Shown piece by piece: positions 27,806 to 41,735 of a stretch of DNA of 64,000 nt (within the stretch, counting starts at the first letter, position 1; each line of letters opens with the position of its first letter). The DNA lies in the NCBI GenBank assembly GCA_013265495.1, contig MU058423.1, positions 8,851,627-8,915,626 on the forward strand. Reading direction: 5' to 3'. A program made the translations under genes and the position numbers. The notes below the pieces were generated by a model. That model searched no databases. It saw only the letters and a program-made list of their open reading frames with translations, and had not been told where the DNA came from. Origin of the DNA: Vicugna vicugna (taxonomy: Eukaryota).

Positions 27806-29524
27806 AATAAATTAACTGAAAAGTTACCATCTTGAGGCCATAAAGAGTGTGAAGCCGATTCTTGGCTCTCACAGAACAATGAGTTTACCTGGACCCTGTT
27901 ATTCCTGTAGAACAAAGCGTCCCAGTCGGTGTAAAAGAATGGAGTTCCCTGGCAGGGACTGGGGCAGCCAGCGTGCTGGGCCAGTCGCCAAGAGCTGTGA
28001 GCTGTGAGCTGTGATCACAGGGTGCTGATCAAATATTATCACATTTTCCACGTGTGCCGTGACAGGAGCAACAAAAGGAAGCCCTGTGCTGACTCTACTC
28101 TCAAACAGGCAGTAACCGGTCTGTCTGTCATCAGGCCTGCAGAAGCCAAGCACAGCTCTAACCACGTCCATCAAGTAACCTGCAGCACAGGAGGGCCCCA
28201 GGTCTGCCGGCGTGTGAAAACACAGGGTCAAGTCAATAAGAACTCGATATTCCGGGAAATAGCCTCATACTGACAAAATCATTTCACAGAAAGCTTTTTT
28301 TCTTAAAACAAAAAAAAGGAGTGATTTATGGAGGAAAAAAAATAATGTTAGATATGAAATAGATCAAAGAAAGAAGTCACAGTAATTTCTTAGCTTTTGA
28401 AGATTTTACATGAACTTTAAGCTGCATCTGATCCCCAAAAGGGTATTTAAGACCACTCCTTGAAATCACACGGGCCAAATTCTGGATGGGGTAATACAAG
28501 TCTCCCTGGCGAGGCTTCCCCAAACGCTGCCACGGAAGCTCTGGTTCTTCGCATTTCTCTCCCTCTCTCCTGCCCCCAGCTAGGAACAGGGCGCTGCTGT
28601 GAGCGCGTCTGTGTATGGCCAACCTGCGGACATCGGCAAATGCAGAAGCCTTCTGGTAAACAGTAGTAAGTCCCTTTTTGTTCTGTCTGGGGGACAACCA
28701 AAATCAGGAACTCAAGGCCCAACTTCAAATTCTCTTTGATGAACAATGACTGCTCAAGAGGAGCATCATTAACGACCGGTGGTGTTTAGACAAGGTCCTG
28801 CTTGTTCAGGATAGTTCCCTCAAAAAAGAATAGAAGTTGACTGACGGCAGACTCTGTGTACAGGGGCTACTTCAGGGTCTCACAGGCAGAACACTGTCCT
28901 GTAGTAGCGTGAACCACTAAGCTTTACCACCAGAGAGGACACAGTTCCTCATACACCTACAGGCACGTAATTTGACTAAATACTCAAGCTCTTTCATCTT
29001 CATTGTTTTTCCCTAGGGCAAAAGGTCTGTTTTCATTTTTCAAATGAACTGATCAAAGATTAGATTTCAAACGAGTGGCTGCTCTTAGTTCTCAAGCTCT
29101 TTGAGAACACTATAAAAAAAAACCTGTTGGGAAGGTCTGATTCTTAGCAGAAGCTTTTAGCCCATCTTGCAGTGACTTTACTGGACCTTCACAGCATAGC
29201 TCCCAGAATTATCTGTTTGATCAGGGCAACGATGAAGAATGTATAATTCCACAACAGCTTGGCAAAAGATCTGATTTCATATTTGAGAAGATACTTTTGT
29301 TTATCAATAATTAATACAATGGACTACATATAAGTCACATGAAAATAAAGCAAGACCCTGAGATACTGAAGCCTTCTAAATAAAACAGAGCCTTGAAGTT
29401 AACTCCTATGTGAACAATTAGATCACCTGAAGCAATGAGATGCAATCTGCTCTGCTCATCCTAGGCTTCATGTCCTTCTGAGGGGCTAGGATAGCTCATC
29501 GGCCAGCCTGATCTTGCAGAATCT

Positions 29525-29890
29525 GCCCTCTAGCTATGTATGACTACCAAATACCAGAAATGTGGCCAGCCCAACCTGAGATGTGCTGCAGTGTAAACTA
29601 CACACTGGGTTTCAAAGGTTTAATTCAAAACTAGACATATAAAATACCTCATTAATAATTTTTATACTGATAACATGTTGAAGTAATAGTTTTGGTATAT
29701 TGCATTAAATAAAATATATAATCAAAATTAATTTCATCATTTCTTTTTACTATATCTAAATGTGGCTATTAGAATATTTTAAATATGTATTATATGTTAT
29801 CTATATAAAATATAGATAATTTTATATATTTATAAAGTGTATATATATCTATATGATTCTCATTGTATTTCTATTGGACAGCGCTGCTCT
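29525..29890. mobile_element. MER33/MER3-like hAT-Charlie MITE
   Basis: aaatgtggcc...ctgagatgtgctgcagtgtaaactacacactgggtttcaaag...tatttctattggacagcgctg. Confidence 0.7.
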
Positions 29891-32800
29891 AGACCCATGA
29901 ATTGCAGGAAAAAGATGGATATACTCTTTTGCAGAGTTTTTCCTGTGTTCTGCCATCCTTGTCATTAACAGCATTTAAGCAGAATTCTTATCATGATTCC
30001 CTTTTCATCTCACATAGAGATGGAGCATCATTAATTTAGGCTTTTTCTTGAGTCATATTATGTATTAAATGTGGTTAAGTCAAGAAGTGCCTTTGAGAAA
30101 GCTTAAACATGACCATCGCCTTATCATCTAAGCCTTACGTGACCCCAATCTGCTACCAATGATAACATTTTATTTGGAAACTACAAACTTCGTTGGAATA
30201 CTGACTTTGTTGGAGCTAATGAGACATGTGAATCGAGCGACTCCACCAGTCCACCAAATGTCCAGACTCAGCAAAGCAGAGCAAAGTGGGAGAAGTTCTG
30301 ACAAGACATGACAGATTGTCGGGAAGAGAACTCCGTTACTTAACCACTTACTCTCTCTAAGCAGCATTTAGGAAATGCCTGCCACCCGCTGATCACACTT
30401 CTATTTGTGAGTTTCTATTTCATAGGCGTTGTGAGAGAATGGATGTATCATTCTCAAAAGGAAGTCATTCGACAGAAAGCTTTTCAAAGGTTCACCACCT
30501 GCCTCCTCTCCTCCCATGACCTGGCTCGTTGTTACTGTTGGTGTTTATGCAGGTTAAGGTGTGACCACATTTTTTCCAGATTTTTGGTTGGCTGGTTGGT
30601 TCGCAAGAATAAAACTGTGCTATGTTTCAGCTTTTTCAACAGCTTTTTCAACGAACTCTCGACATCACTATCAAAGGTTTTAAAAAGATGAAGGAGAAGT
30701 AAGACAGCAACGGTTTTCTCTCTTCACTGAGGCTTACGATCCTTCTTCTCCCCCCATGACCTCCACCCCAATCTCACCTTCAACTGAACTGGCTTTAGTG
30801 TTTTGTCATATATTTCTCTCTAGGACAGAGATTCAGGTTTTGGGGGGACCTAAAACTTACCTAATTTGGAGGCCCATTTTAAGAAAAGAATACAAAATGA
30901 TGAACCGAAAAAAGGTTCCCATGGAAGTGGGGGAGGTCTCCAAAATTCACACGTCATTAGCTCTGCAGGAAATTGCCTTTGCACAGGTAACACAGACACA
31001 CACACATACGCACGGGCAGAGAGGGCGCTTGTTACTGTCTGTTTAAATCAGGGGGGTTCTATTATAAGCACTCTTCTGTATCCCCTTTCTTCTCATCAAT
31101 ATATAACAGAAATCATTCCAAGACAAGTGGTATAGCTCAAATCAATTTTTTTTAAATAAGTACATTGTATTCCATGCTATATATGTACTACAGGTTATTT
31201 ATTCAAACTTTCCCCTTATAAGTCCATCACCTTTTTGTTTCTAGATTTTTTTAAGGGGGGTGGGGGCAGAATTTTTTTTCTTTTGACACTACTAAAAATG
31301 CCACAATAGCTATGCTTTGATAGTTTAAAAGGAAGAAGGAGAAATTATGTGGAGTTTTTTTTAATAAATCATACTAAATGTACTAATTTTGGGAGAAGTG
31401 GCAGTTTTACGATGTGAAATCTTTCTATCCAAGAACACGGTACATAGTTTCCATTTAGTCACGCCCCACTCACAAGGACTTTAAAATCTAAGATGGAAAA
31501 TAAAGCTTGCACGCAAATGGTCAAGATGTAAGAAAAATGGAAGGCACAAATTGTGACACGTGAAATTGAGGAGAAGAGAATCCTGTGGAGAGTGAGCGGT
31601 GATCTGTGTAGGATTTCACACACCCGAGTGGAGGAGGGCAATGTCAAAGGAGACAGGCACCCGGGAGAAAGAGCTCGGCCCGGGCACAGGGACACTCAAG
31701 CAACAGTAAGGCAGCAGCCGGGCGGGGCTGGAAGGCAGAGCGCGTACAGAGAAGAAACAGGAGACAGGCTGGCAAGGTGCGCTGGGGCTCCTCCAAAGCT
31801 AAGAATGCCAGGACACAGGCGTTCATCCTCCTTTCAGCCAATGGGGCAATAGCAGGGGCAGCCAGTCTGGAGCCAAGACGAGACGAGACGAGAGTTCTGT
31901 TTTAAGATCACTCATTCAAGCGCATGAAAGACCAAGAGGAGGGCCGGGGCTCGTTAGCCAGCGGTCATAACAGTCCACCGGAGGGGATACGCGACCCGAG
32001 CTAAGACAAGGAAGGGAGAACAGAAAGGAAGAGAGAGATGAAGCACACCCTGCAGCCCCAGCAACAGGAACTCAAATCTCATTAGATTAGGGAGGGGAAA
32101 AAAAGGCATGTTTCTAGTCTTGAGCTAGGGTGATTGTAGAATGGTGATGACATTAACACAGATGAGCAAAGCAGAAGCCTGTGTCGTGATGAAAGATGAT
32201 TAGTTCCTTCTCCGATGTGTTAAGTTTGACGTGTCAGCAGGATATCCAAATAGACACATCCCGAACTTTGAGCCCAGAATATGAGGGCTACTCCCGTCTC
32301 GCTAAGGAGAGTGATAAATGTTACTGCTCCTCTGGAGAACCCCAACAGATGAGCTCACTTTCACAGACGGGTCAGCCTCCTCAGAGTTCACAGGCATCTC
32401 ATCTTTCAAGAAAAGTTAAGGACTCCCAGGCTCCTCCTCCACTACTCCGGAAGTGCTCTGCAACACCTCCTTCCAGACAGTGCAGCCTGGACAGCCTCTG
32501 CCCAAACTCTGCCTCGCTGAGCAGGCAAGACCTTGCTCGAAAGCTCTGGAACCACGCCGTGGGAAAAAATTCAGCCAACACTTAGAACTGAGTAAATTCA
32601 GCCATATTTCAAAACAAAATATATGCAGTCAAAAATATTATAAGGCACAAACCTGACTTTATTTTAACCAAGACCTAAAATTTAAAATAGAAGTAACATG
32701 ATTTCACTACCAACCTATACTTTTAAATCATTTTTTCTTATAAACTAAACGTGCAAGGTAATTGTCAATAAAAGTTTGATGATGTGGAGATATATGGCAT

Positions 32801-32985
32801 TTTCCTAAACTAAAATTTTGATGACTCTGGGTTCAAAGGCAATAGCCAAAGCTAAAAGGATGAAACCAACAATTATAGAAAACTGCAGAATGTTTTATTT
32901 AGCATCCAATCAATTTCCAACACCTGAATGCTAGGGAGAAAAAGAACAATTTAATCAATGTGAAATTACATCTTGCAAAGAATTA

Positions 32986-33078
<93 letters not shown>

Positions 33079-33904
33079 TTAGTTTTTCCATGTGGCATTG
33101 ATAAAGGCGTCTAGCTGTTCCTGGAATTCCTGCTCACAAATGATTCTGACTGATCTGAAGGTGAAACCTTGGATTTGTAATATATCTAGAAGTCATCTAA
33201 TAGTTGCAATTTTGCTTTGAGACTGTGTTACAAGTGGGACTAAACACTTAGAAAAATATGAAAGTATGTCCCACAAAATATCCCTCTTGAGTTCTAATAT
33301 ATCTTTGTTTTTGTATGTAAAATTATTTAGGTATATAAAATGGAACACACTAGCAGATGCACAGATAAAACTTACTGGGAACTATGCGATTAAGTCATAC
33401 CTAACTATGGCAGAATATGTAATAGCGATTAACTTTTCAAATAAGAGAAGAAAAATCAATTATTCTTAGGTTTTATCCTCCTTTTATCATTAATGAGATA
33501 TTTAGTAAAAAGGGCATTTTTACTTAATAGGCCCTTATTTGTTCCTAAAACTCTTATGCTGAGAGAACTTGTTTTATGGTGATAATTCCTGACAAAGTAA
33601 AAATGTACTTGACTACTTTTACAATTTAGAAGGAAGAACTGATCTTTTTAACAACACAAAGAAAAATTTCATACTCCTTTCTTTTTTATAACCAGTGACT
33701 CAGAACTTTAAAAAAAAAATCTGGCTTGCTCAGATAAAATATTTTGAAGAGGACAGAGTCTTTTTTTTATTAAGTCATGAAGCGATACAGATTCCATTAG
33801 AATTCAAAAACCACAGTTACTTTTAAAAGTTATATAATCAAGTCATTAAAAATAGAAGAAACTATTAAGCCAAGTTTAGTACATCTGTCTCTGAAAATAC
33901 TTTA

Positions 33905-34090
33905 GAGACTAATGTTTTCAAAATGCAGGACACGGACCACCTGCGCCGAAGGTAATTCATATTTAAAATACAGTTCCCTCGGCCCTTCCCCAGAACTAGG
34001 AAACCAGAATCTTTGTGGGTGGGATCATCATTTTTAACAAGTCTTCCTAGGTGATTCTTAGAAATACTAAATTCTGACAACACTGGTTTA
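33905..34090. mobile_element. MER5-like hAT MITE
   Basis: ccagaatct...tttttaacaagtcttcctaggtgattct...acactgg. Confidence 0.65.
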
Positions 34091-35264
34091 GACAGGATAA
34101 GCAGAACAGTCTATTTAAATTATTTCACCTTTAAACAAAGCAACTTACTTCATCCATATGCATCATTCTAGAGAAAACAATGAAAAAATATACCCTGAAC
34201 TACCACTTTCCTGCCTCTTTCTTTAAAGTGTGTTGTTTGTGTATGTAGTTCACACATATATAACCTTCCTTCTTGGCACATATGGTACTTGTGTTCACAA
34301 AATCAGCCCAGCACACGGTGCTTTATGTAAGAGTGTACAGAGGGGCAATGTGTCCCAGCTGCTTAAAGACATGTTCAACAGTCTGTCAGATCCTCTAAAA
34401 TCCCATCTACATTTGGGTAAGATAAACCCCAACGTTTGATGACACAAGAAATTTACAGAGAACCCTATTCATGAACAAAGTCACACCTTTCCAGTGCAAC
34501 AGGAAGGATTTCATAAACGTCTACATCAAGTTACCAGTTACCATAATAACAGGTAGGGGTATTCCAAAGCAAACTCCTTTTGAATCTCATAAGTGTTATA
34601 AAAGGAACAGCCCATTCCAGATGGCAGCACAGGCAAAATAACACTAACAGTAACAATAAATAAATAACTTTTCCCCCCTCGGTCATATTTTTAAATGCTA
34701 TAATTGTGGATTATATACTGGTCATATTTCCACAAAGATTCTTAACTGATGCTACTGGACGTGTGGGCTGGTGATATTATTTGCAAGGGGGGATGGGCTA
34801 GATTATCTTGATAGCTTTTAAGCAAAAACAAAAACATGTAATAACGATTTTAAAGTTTTACAGAGTTTTAGTTCATTTTAAAGTGAAATATCAAAGTCAA
34901 AAACATACACATAAAACAAGTAAGCATGTTTATCCTACCAATTTTCTCAACTTAAAAAAACAGGAAAAAATCAATTTTATATTACATCAGAGAAAAGAAA
35001 CCGGAACAAGTCTCACTGCTGATACTACATTTACAGTCCAGGATGACCTCTGCCCGTGGGTTATGTGCACTTACATCCCCGACTGATAAATCATGGCTCT
35101 ATGCTCGAGACCGAATGATGTACTTTGAACCTTCGTGAGAATTCACAGTACAGCATGCGTGACTTCTCCGCATGTAAATCAATGTTTCTAACACATGTTC
35201 CAAAGTTCTCAAAAATCTTTAAGGTTAACTTCTCCATAGTACCTATAAATAACTAAATAACTAT

Positions 35265-35420
35265 GACTCTAAACCTTAGAGTGCATCAAATCACCTGGAG
35301 GGGCTGTGCCAACACAGACTGCAGGGCACCATTCCCAGCATTTATGGTTCAGTCTGTCTCAGATAAGGTCTGAGAATTTGCACCTGCCACAGCTTCCCAC
35401 ACTTTGACAACCACTGATTT
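35265..35420. mobile_element. MER5A-like hAT MITE fragment
   Basis: gtgcatcaaatcacctggagggg...ctgagaatttgcac...tttgacaaccactg. Confidence 0.65.
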
Positions 35421-35960
35421 ATGACATACCCAGACACAATATTAGAAAGAACTCCAGCTTGATATGGAAATCCCAGTTGGAATGAGCCCTCCCAGTAACT
35501 CCCTGTGGCCCTGAGAGTGACTTAATCTCTCCAGGGTTGTTTCCTCATCTGTAAAAATGAGATAATAACATCTGGCCTACTCACTGCTTCATGGGCAAGA
35601 AATACTAGCCAATTAGAAAAACAGGTGGAAATGTTCTCCACGCTAACAGAGAAGCTGTGGCTTAGATAACTTCCTGTCTCTCCCACACCAAGATCTAGCT
35701 TGATAATGAAGCTGAGCAGGTGACAAAGCAAGGTCACAGGCACACAGCAGACAGAAGCGTAACACAGATAGTATATGTGAGAAAGGGTAACCCCCCCAAA
35801 AAGTCCCCCCGATTTGCCCTGTGGTCTGTATTTCACAGATCAATCATTGGTCAAGAAGTGGGAAGCTGCCTTCTTACTGCCTCCGCTCTCTTCTCTCCAA
35901 CAACAAACAGCGATACTGACATCATTCCTCTCTCACATTGTCAAACTACCGCGTCAGCTA

Positions 35961-36074
<114 letters not shown>

Positions 36075-36264
36075 TTAACAACATGCATTTATTACACTCA
36101 AGTGATAAAACACCAGAGTCCCGTGGAGACAGGCTTGCTTGGCTTCACAGATGTCAACGTGGTTACCTTATGTTACGCATCAGGTCCTACTGGTTAACTA
36201 CTCCTACAGCTTAACGGAAGCACTTCTGAAATTGCACTAATCCAACAGGCTGAGTTCATGAGAA

Positions 36265-36510
36265 AGGAGATTTAAGAGCCTGAGCTCCGGCGTCAGGCTG
36301 CCTTCAGATTCCAACTCTCCCACGTACTGGCTGAGACCCCGGCGAGAGTTGTTTTACCTCTCGGTCTCAGTCTTGGTTTCCTCATCTGTGAAGTGAAGTT
36401 CCTGACAGTAGCTGCCATTCATAGTATTGTTGTCAAATTACATTAAAAACTATGAAGTCCTTCATACAGTGCCTAGCATAAAGGAAGTGCTGGATAAATA
36501 TTATGACTGT
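36265..36510. mobile_element. MIR SINE
   Basis: gtttcctcatctgtgaagtg core and acagtgcctagcata end. Confidence 0.7.
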
Positions 36511-37599
36511 TCTTCTTATTATTAATAGTGGCTGTTTCATTAAGTGAAATGTACATGAAAATGAGTGGAATTCACAGCGGAACAATCGTGTCAGGAACAC
36601 AGCAAATACAAGTGTAAAAATTTAAGGGGGACAATGTAGGCAGGTCAGAACCTGGCAATTATTTTCATGGATTAAATGCTAAATTGCCATTTCCCACCCC
36701 CACCCCCCAAAAAAATGCTATGGAAAATGTGGTCATGCTTCCAAACAATCCTCTCGGGATCCAGGAGAGCTTCTAACGCACCGTGAAGTGTTCTACCAAA
36801 GGAGAGGAGACCTACTACACCGAAAATTGAGTGCTTCATCCTTTATTTAAGTTTTCAGAGCAACTTAGCAGGCCTGCTTTAGGCAACATAAAACTCAAGT
36901 ATCAAGTTCAGGTCAGTTAGCAAGAACTGGCACTGGGGCTTTAACACTAGCGATGTTCTGAGGTGCCCAAGGCAAGAAACTTGACCTCAAGGTTTTCAGT
37001 CGCTCTGCCCAGCCCCCACTGCTGACCTGAAGGAACTGTCAGGCACCTGCCAATCACAAAGTCAAATGCACTACACAAAGTCGGTCCAAGGTCAGGGGAG
37101 GGGAGGGCGGTGCACAGAAAATGGCCCATGGGGAGAAAATTACCCTTAAGGGCTTAAATACATAATTAACATAAAACCGAGTCTTGTATCACAACCATCA
37201 GAGGTAACTTCAGCCTAGGGCTGCTGAGCCTCAAACTGAAATGGAACATCAACATCACTGGGTTTTAGCATCCTGATGACCTAGTTTAAAAATAGTAAGT
37301 TAGCAAAGCCGCTTAACAGAAATGTTTAAGTTCTGAAACTTCAGCTAACCTCTGTTAAGGAAGGGTTATTCTAGATATTAAAGCCTGATTTCAAGAGTGC
37401 TTTTTTTAAAATATCATCTGAACTCATGGGTCAGTGAAAAATAGTCTCCTTTTCAAATATCTTGCAAAAATATAAGCCATATATCAAGAAGCAAATTTTA
37501 ATGGACTAAACCAGAGAAAGGAGTAGCTGGGGATCTAAGACAAAATACCAGTTTATATAAATAACCACACATTCCTTTTTAGAAACTTGTCTCCTTGGG

Positions 37600-38080
37600 A
37601 CAAGGGTTCAGAATCTTTGGTGTGCCGTGGACCCCTTCAGCAATCTGATGAAGGCTGTGAACCCCTTTTCTCAGAATAATGTTTTTAAATGCATCAAATG
37701 AAATACATACAAATAATAGAAGACTAATGCAATTAAATGCAAAGTTATCAAAATATAAAAAACAAATTTATAATACCATAAATGCACTTTTTATCTATAT
37801 ATAATAAGACCTAGTAGCAGGTCTGATTAACAACTATAATTTTAAAGAAGGAATGAATATAAAAATCTTAAGATATATGCAACCAGTATAATGGTACATA
37901 AAAATGTCTGTAATTTCTATCGTGAAAAAGTCATTTCCATCCTAATAGTACTATAGTTTCTTTCCAACGTTTATAATTGAATGTAAATTTATAAGTTACA
38001 AGGTGAGTGAAAATAAAGACATATTTTCTCATCATCCAAATTCACTGATTCTCTGAGTTCGCTCCACAGACTCAAGCTTA
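37600..38080. mobile_element. Old DNA transposon remnant (hAT-like; family uncertain)
   Basis: ggaccccttcagcaatctgatgaaggctgtgaaccccttttctcagaataatgtttttaaatgcat followed by an AT-rich interior. Confidence 0.5.
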
Positions 38081-39299
38081 AAAACTATAGCTTTGATAAA
38101 GAAAAGAAAAATTTAGGAAAAAGCTTCTCTATATTTAAAAAGAGTAAAGGAAATGATAATAATTGGAAGCGTTCCTTATTTCCTCACGTGTGTCTTCCTA
38201 CCAAGACTCAGCTAAACGAATTCACATAGACAAGTTACGAGAAAAGCTCCAGACCCAGTCTTTGCTGCTGTCTGCAAAGCAGGTGAGATGATCAGATCTC
38301 TTGTGCCAGCACAGCCACAATTTTTACAAATTGAGTGCTTCAGCCTGTAAGTTTTTAGAGCAACTTAGTTTTAGAGAGCTCTGGTGACCTGGTGATCAAA
38401 TGCGCAGGCCTGAGAGTAAAGGGAGACTTAACACACCATTTGACACAATCAGGACACAAAGCAGTCACAGCAAGCTAAAAAGACAGGCGGAAGTTCACAA
38501 ACTGAGATATAATAAGGGGTAAAATAAAATTAAGTCACCTCCTCCAGACTGGGGAAAGTTGATGACATACCTTTTTTGAACACCTACTATGCTGGGTAAT
38601 TTAGATGCATTAATACATGTAATCCTCGTGACAGCCATGTGAAGCCAAATAGGTTCCCCAAACCTGCTCCCATAACTCAGCAAGAGAGAAATGGTTTATT
38701 GGTGGCACCTGGCTCCTACACAGTCCAAGGAGAGTAACCATACAAGCGAAGGGACACAAAAACATGTTACATATTCTCTAGAGATAGAAGAGAAAGATAT
38801 AAAGGTGGCAGATTGAACTCATGTATCTATCAAAACCCCAGTAAAAAGATGTTTAAGTTTTTTTTTTTCATGGACTCCAACAAGGTCAGGGAGAATAAGG
38901 GAACAAACAATAGTAATAAAATTCTGAAAGCTGAAAATCAGATACGTAACGATAATAAATTAGAGGACCAAGAAAACTGAACATTAAGGTGACAGTGGAA
39001 AAATCAGAGAATCGAGCCCACCAACACCAGAGAATTCTCAAAAGGCTCAGGAAGTGGCAGCACTGGCGTCTTCTAGCAGTGAGAATGCAGGAAATGACTA
39101 AAGTCATTGAAAGTACACTTAAGAACCGGAGAGATCTTCCTCTAGAAAAGCAGTATTATCTCCCATTTTATAAATCAATCCTCCCTGTTGATTTTTCTCA
39201 ACCACCCACTGGAGTTAGAACCATCAGAAAGCAAGCGGTTAGGCCTGGAAGGCAGCAGGACACCAACAGGACACCAGCAAGACACCAGACGTTCAAGTT

Positions 39300-41735
39300 T
39301 GATTTGGGGAGATTGCTTCTGAGAATGGGTTTCACCTACATCGTTATATAAATGGAGGGGAAGGTTAGGAAAACACCAGACTCTATTAATTCAAAAAATC
39401 CCGTCCCACTGTGAAATTACATCATCATTCAACACAACTGATGATTTCTTTCCTCTGCAAATCTCTCTCCCAGATCCTTCCCAATAGAACTGAAAAATTT
39501 TCAGGTCCCTGCCATCTTTAAAAGAAAAAAAATCCAAACCTTTCTTGATTCTACAGCTCCCTTCCACCACCAGCTTCACTTTGGCCTTCTCTTAAAACAA
39601 GACTGAAAAAATCATTCAATTTCCTGCTTCCGTTTTCTCTCCTCTCACCTCTTACTCTCCTCCTTTCTGTTTTCTCCCTCATCCGTGCCATGAACATTTC
39701 TCACTAAGGTCACCAATGATCTCTATATTGCTAAGCCCAAGGGACTTTTTTTTTTTTGAGATAAAATTCACTGTAGCCTTTCCAAAGTGTACAATTCAGT
39801 GACTTTTTTAGTATATTCATAATGTGATTTTTTAGTATAGTCACAATTCATACCACTAATTCCAAACCATTCTTATCACCCCAGAAACTCTGAACCCCAT
39901 TTGCAGTAATTTCTCATTCTCTCCCCGACCCTCTCCACCCCTGGCGATCACTAATGTACTTTCTGTCTCTCTGGATTTGCTTATTCTAAGCCCAGGGAAC
40001 ATTCTGCATGCATCATTTTATTTACTATGTCAGCAAGAAGTTAATTTTCTCCTTTGAATATTCTCTTCATTGCTCCTGGATTTTGTTTCTACTTCTCTAA
40101 AGACCACTCCTTCCTAATTTCCTAAAGTCATCCTTCACCTCCTAATTTTTAAAAGTGAGAGTTCCCCAAGGTTCAATTCCAGATTCTTAACTCTTCGCAC
40201 TCCATATTCTCTCCCTAGAGCAAGCATTCTCAAACTTCAGTGTGCATCAGCATTGCCAGGACAGTTCCTTAAAACACAGAATACTGGGCCCCACCTGAGT
40301 TTCTGATTAAATAAGTCTGGGGCATGGCCTGAGAATCTGCATTTCTAACAAGTTTCCAGGTGGTATCAATGTTCTGCTAGGAGGGACATTTTGAGAACCA
40401 CTGCCCTATGCAATCTCATCTACATAAATCACCATCTATCTGCTGAAGACCTTCAAATTTTCTCTCCAGCACAAACTCCTTAGAACTCCGAAGCCGCACA
40501 GCTGACCACATATGTGACATTTCCAACTGGGTGTCTTAAGGCCTCTCAAACTCACTGTGTCAGAAGAAACTCTTAAATTTGCCCCCTACCCCAAAACAAC
40601 AACAATAATAATCTGGTCCTCTCGCCCTTCCTAACTCAGTAAAAGACACAGCTTCCACAATCACTCACTAGAACCTGGAAGTCCCTGTCTTTCTCATTCT
40701 CCTTATCTGATCTGTCACTACGCCCCACTGCTTACCCTCATAAATGTCTTGATTATATGTGGAATCTAAAAAAAAGGACACAAACGAACTTATTCACAAA
40801 ACAAAAACAGACTCACAGACATAAAGAATAAAGCTATGGTTTCCAGGGGGTAAAAGGGGTGGGAAGGGGTAAACTGAGAATTTGGCATTCGCACCGCTTG
40901 GGGAGTGATGGACAGGTTAGCTATCTCGATTGCCGTGGTAGTTTCATTGGTGTATATCTATCAAAATCCATCAAATTGTACATTTGAAATATGTGTGGTT
41001 TACTGTACAGGAACCACACCACAATAAAGGTGTTAAAAAAAAAGCCCCTCGAAGGAGTGACTTCTCCCCAAGTCCTCTGCCTCCCATGTGGTACCTCTCT
41101 CACAGATTACAAGAGCCTTCCCACATCTGCTCCTAGCCTTTCTAATCGGTTTTCTTCACTGCAGCCAGAGCGCTGCCTTTAAAAGGCAAGTCTGATCCAG
41201 TCACCCTTACACTGTAACCTTTCACTGACTTCCCACAGCTCTCTCAAGGGAAGGCCCAAATCCCATCAGGGATACAAGGCCTGTGGTATCCGGCCCTGCC
41301 CGCCCCTCTAGCCTCCTCCTCCCTCCCTGCTCCCTCACGCTCTGTGCCCATCACATGCCCTTCCCTGAGCTCCTCAGGGGGTCACTCTGCTCACACCACG
41401 GAACCTCTGTTCCTCTATCACAAGCTCTCCGATGGCCTGGGCCTGGGTCACCCTACCCGCTCTTCCGCTCCCAGCTCAAAGACCACTTGTCTTGGGGGAC
41501 AAACTGCCAACCCCACCCTGGCTAGATAGGTCCCCACCTTTTTTTCCCCACTGGACTCAATTACAGTTTGACATTGTATCCTGATGTGCTTATTTGACTC
41601 TCTGCCTCTCTCTCTAAAGTCATCCTGAAGGATACAGATTCTCTACGTCTTTACTCCCCATTGTCTCCTTAGTACCTAATATAGTGCCCAGCATGAAGTA
41701 GGTAGTCAATAAATGCCTGCAAATAAATGTTTAAA
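39300..41735. mobile_element. Fragmented LINE-2 remnant interrupted by L1 3' fragments (about 39745-39990 and 40755-41040) and a MER5
   Basis: L2 motifs aaggtcaccaatgatctctatattgctaa, cctctcaaactcactgtgtc, and 3' end gtgcccagca...gtaggtagtcaataaatg. Confidence 0.65.
40220..40405. mobile_element. MER5A hAT MITE
   Basis: ttctcaaacttcagtgtgcatcag...gcctgagaatctgcatttctaacaagtttccaggtg...tttgagaaccactg. Confidence 0.8.
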
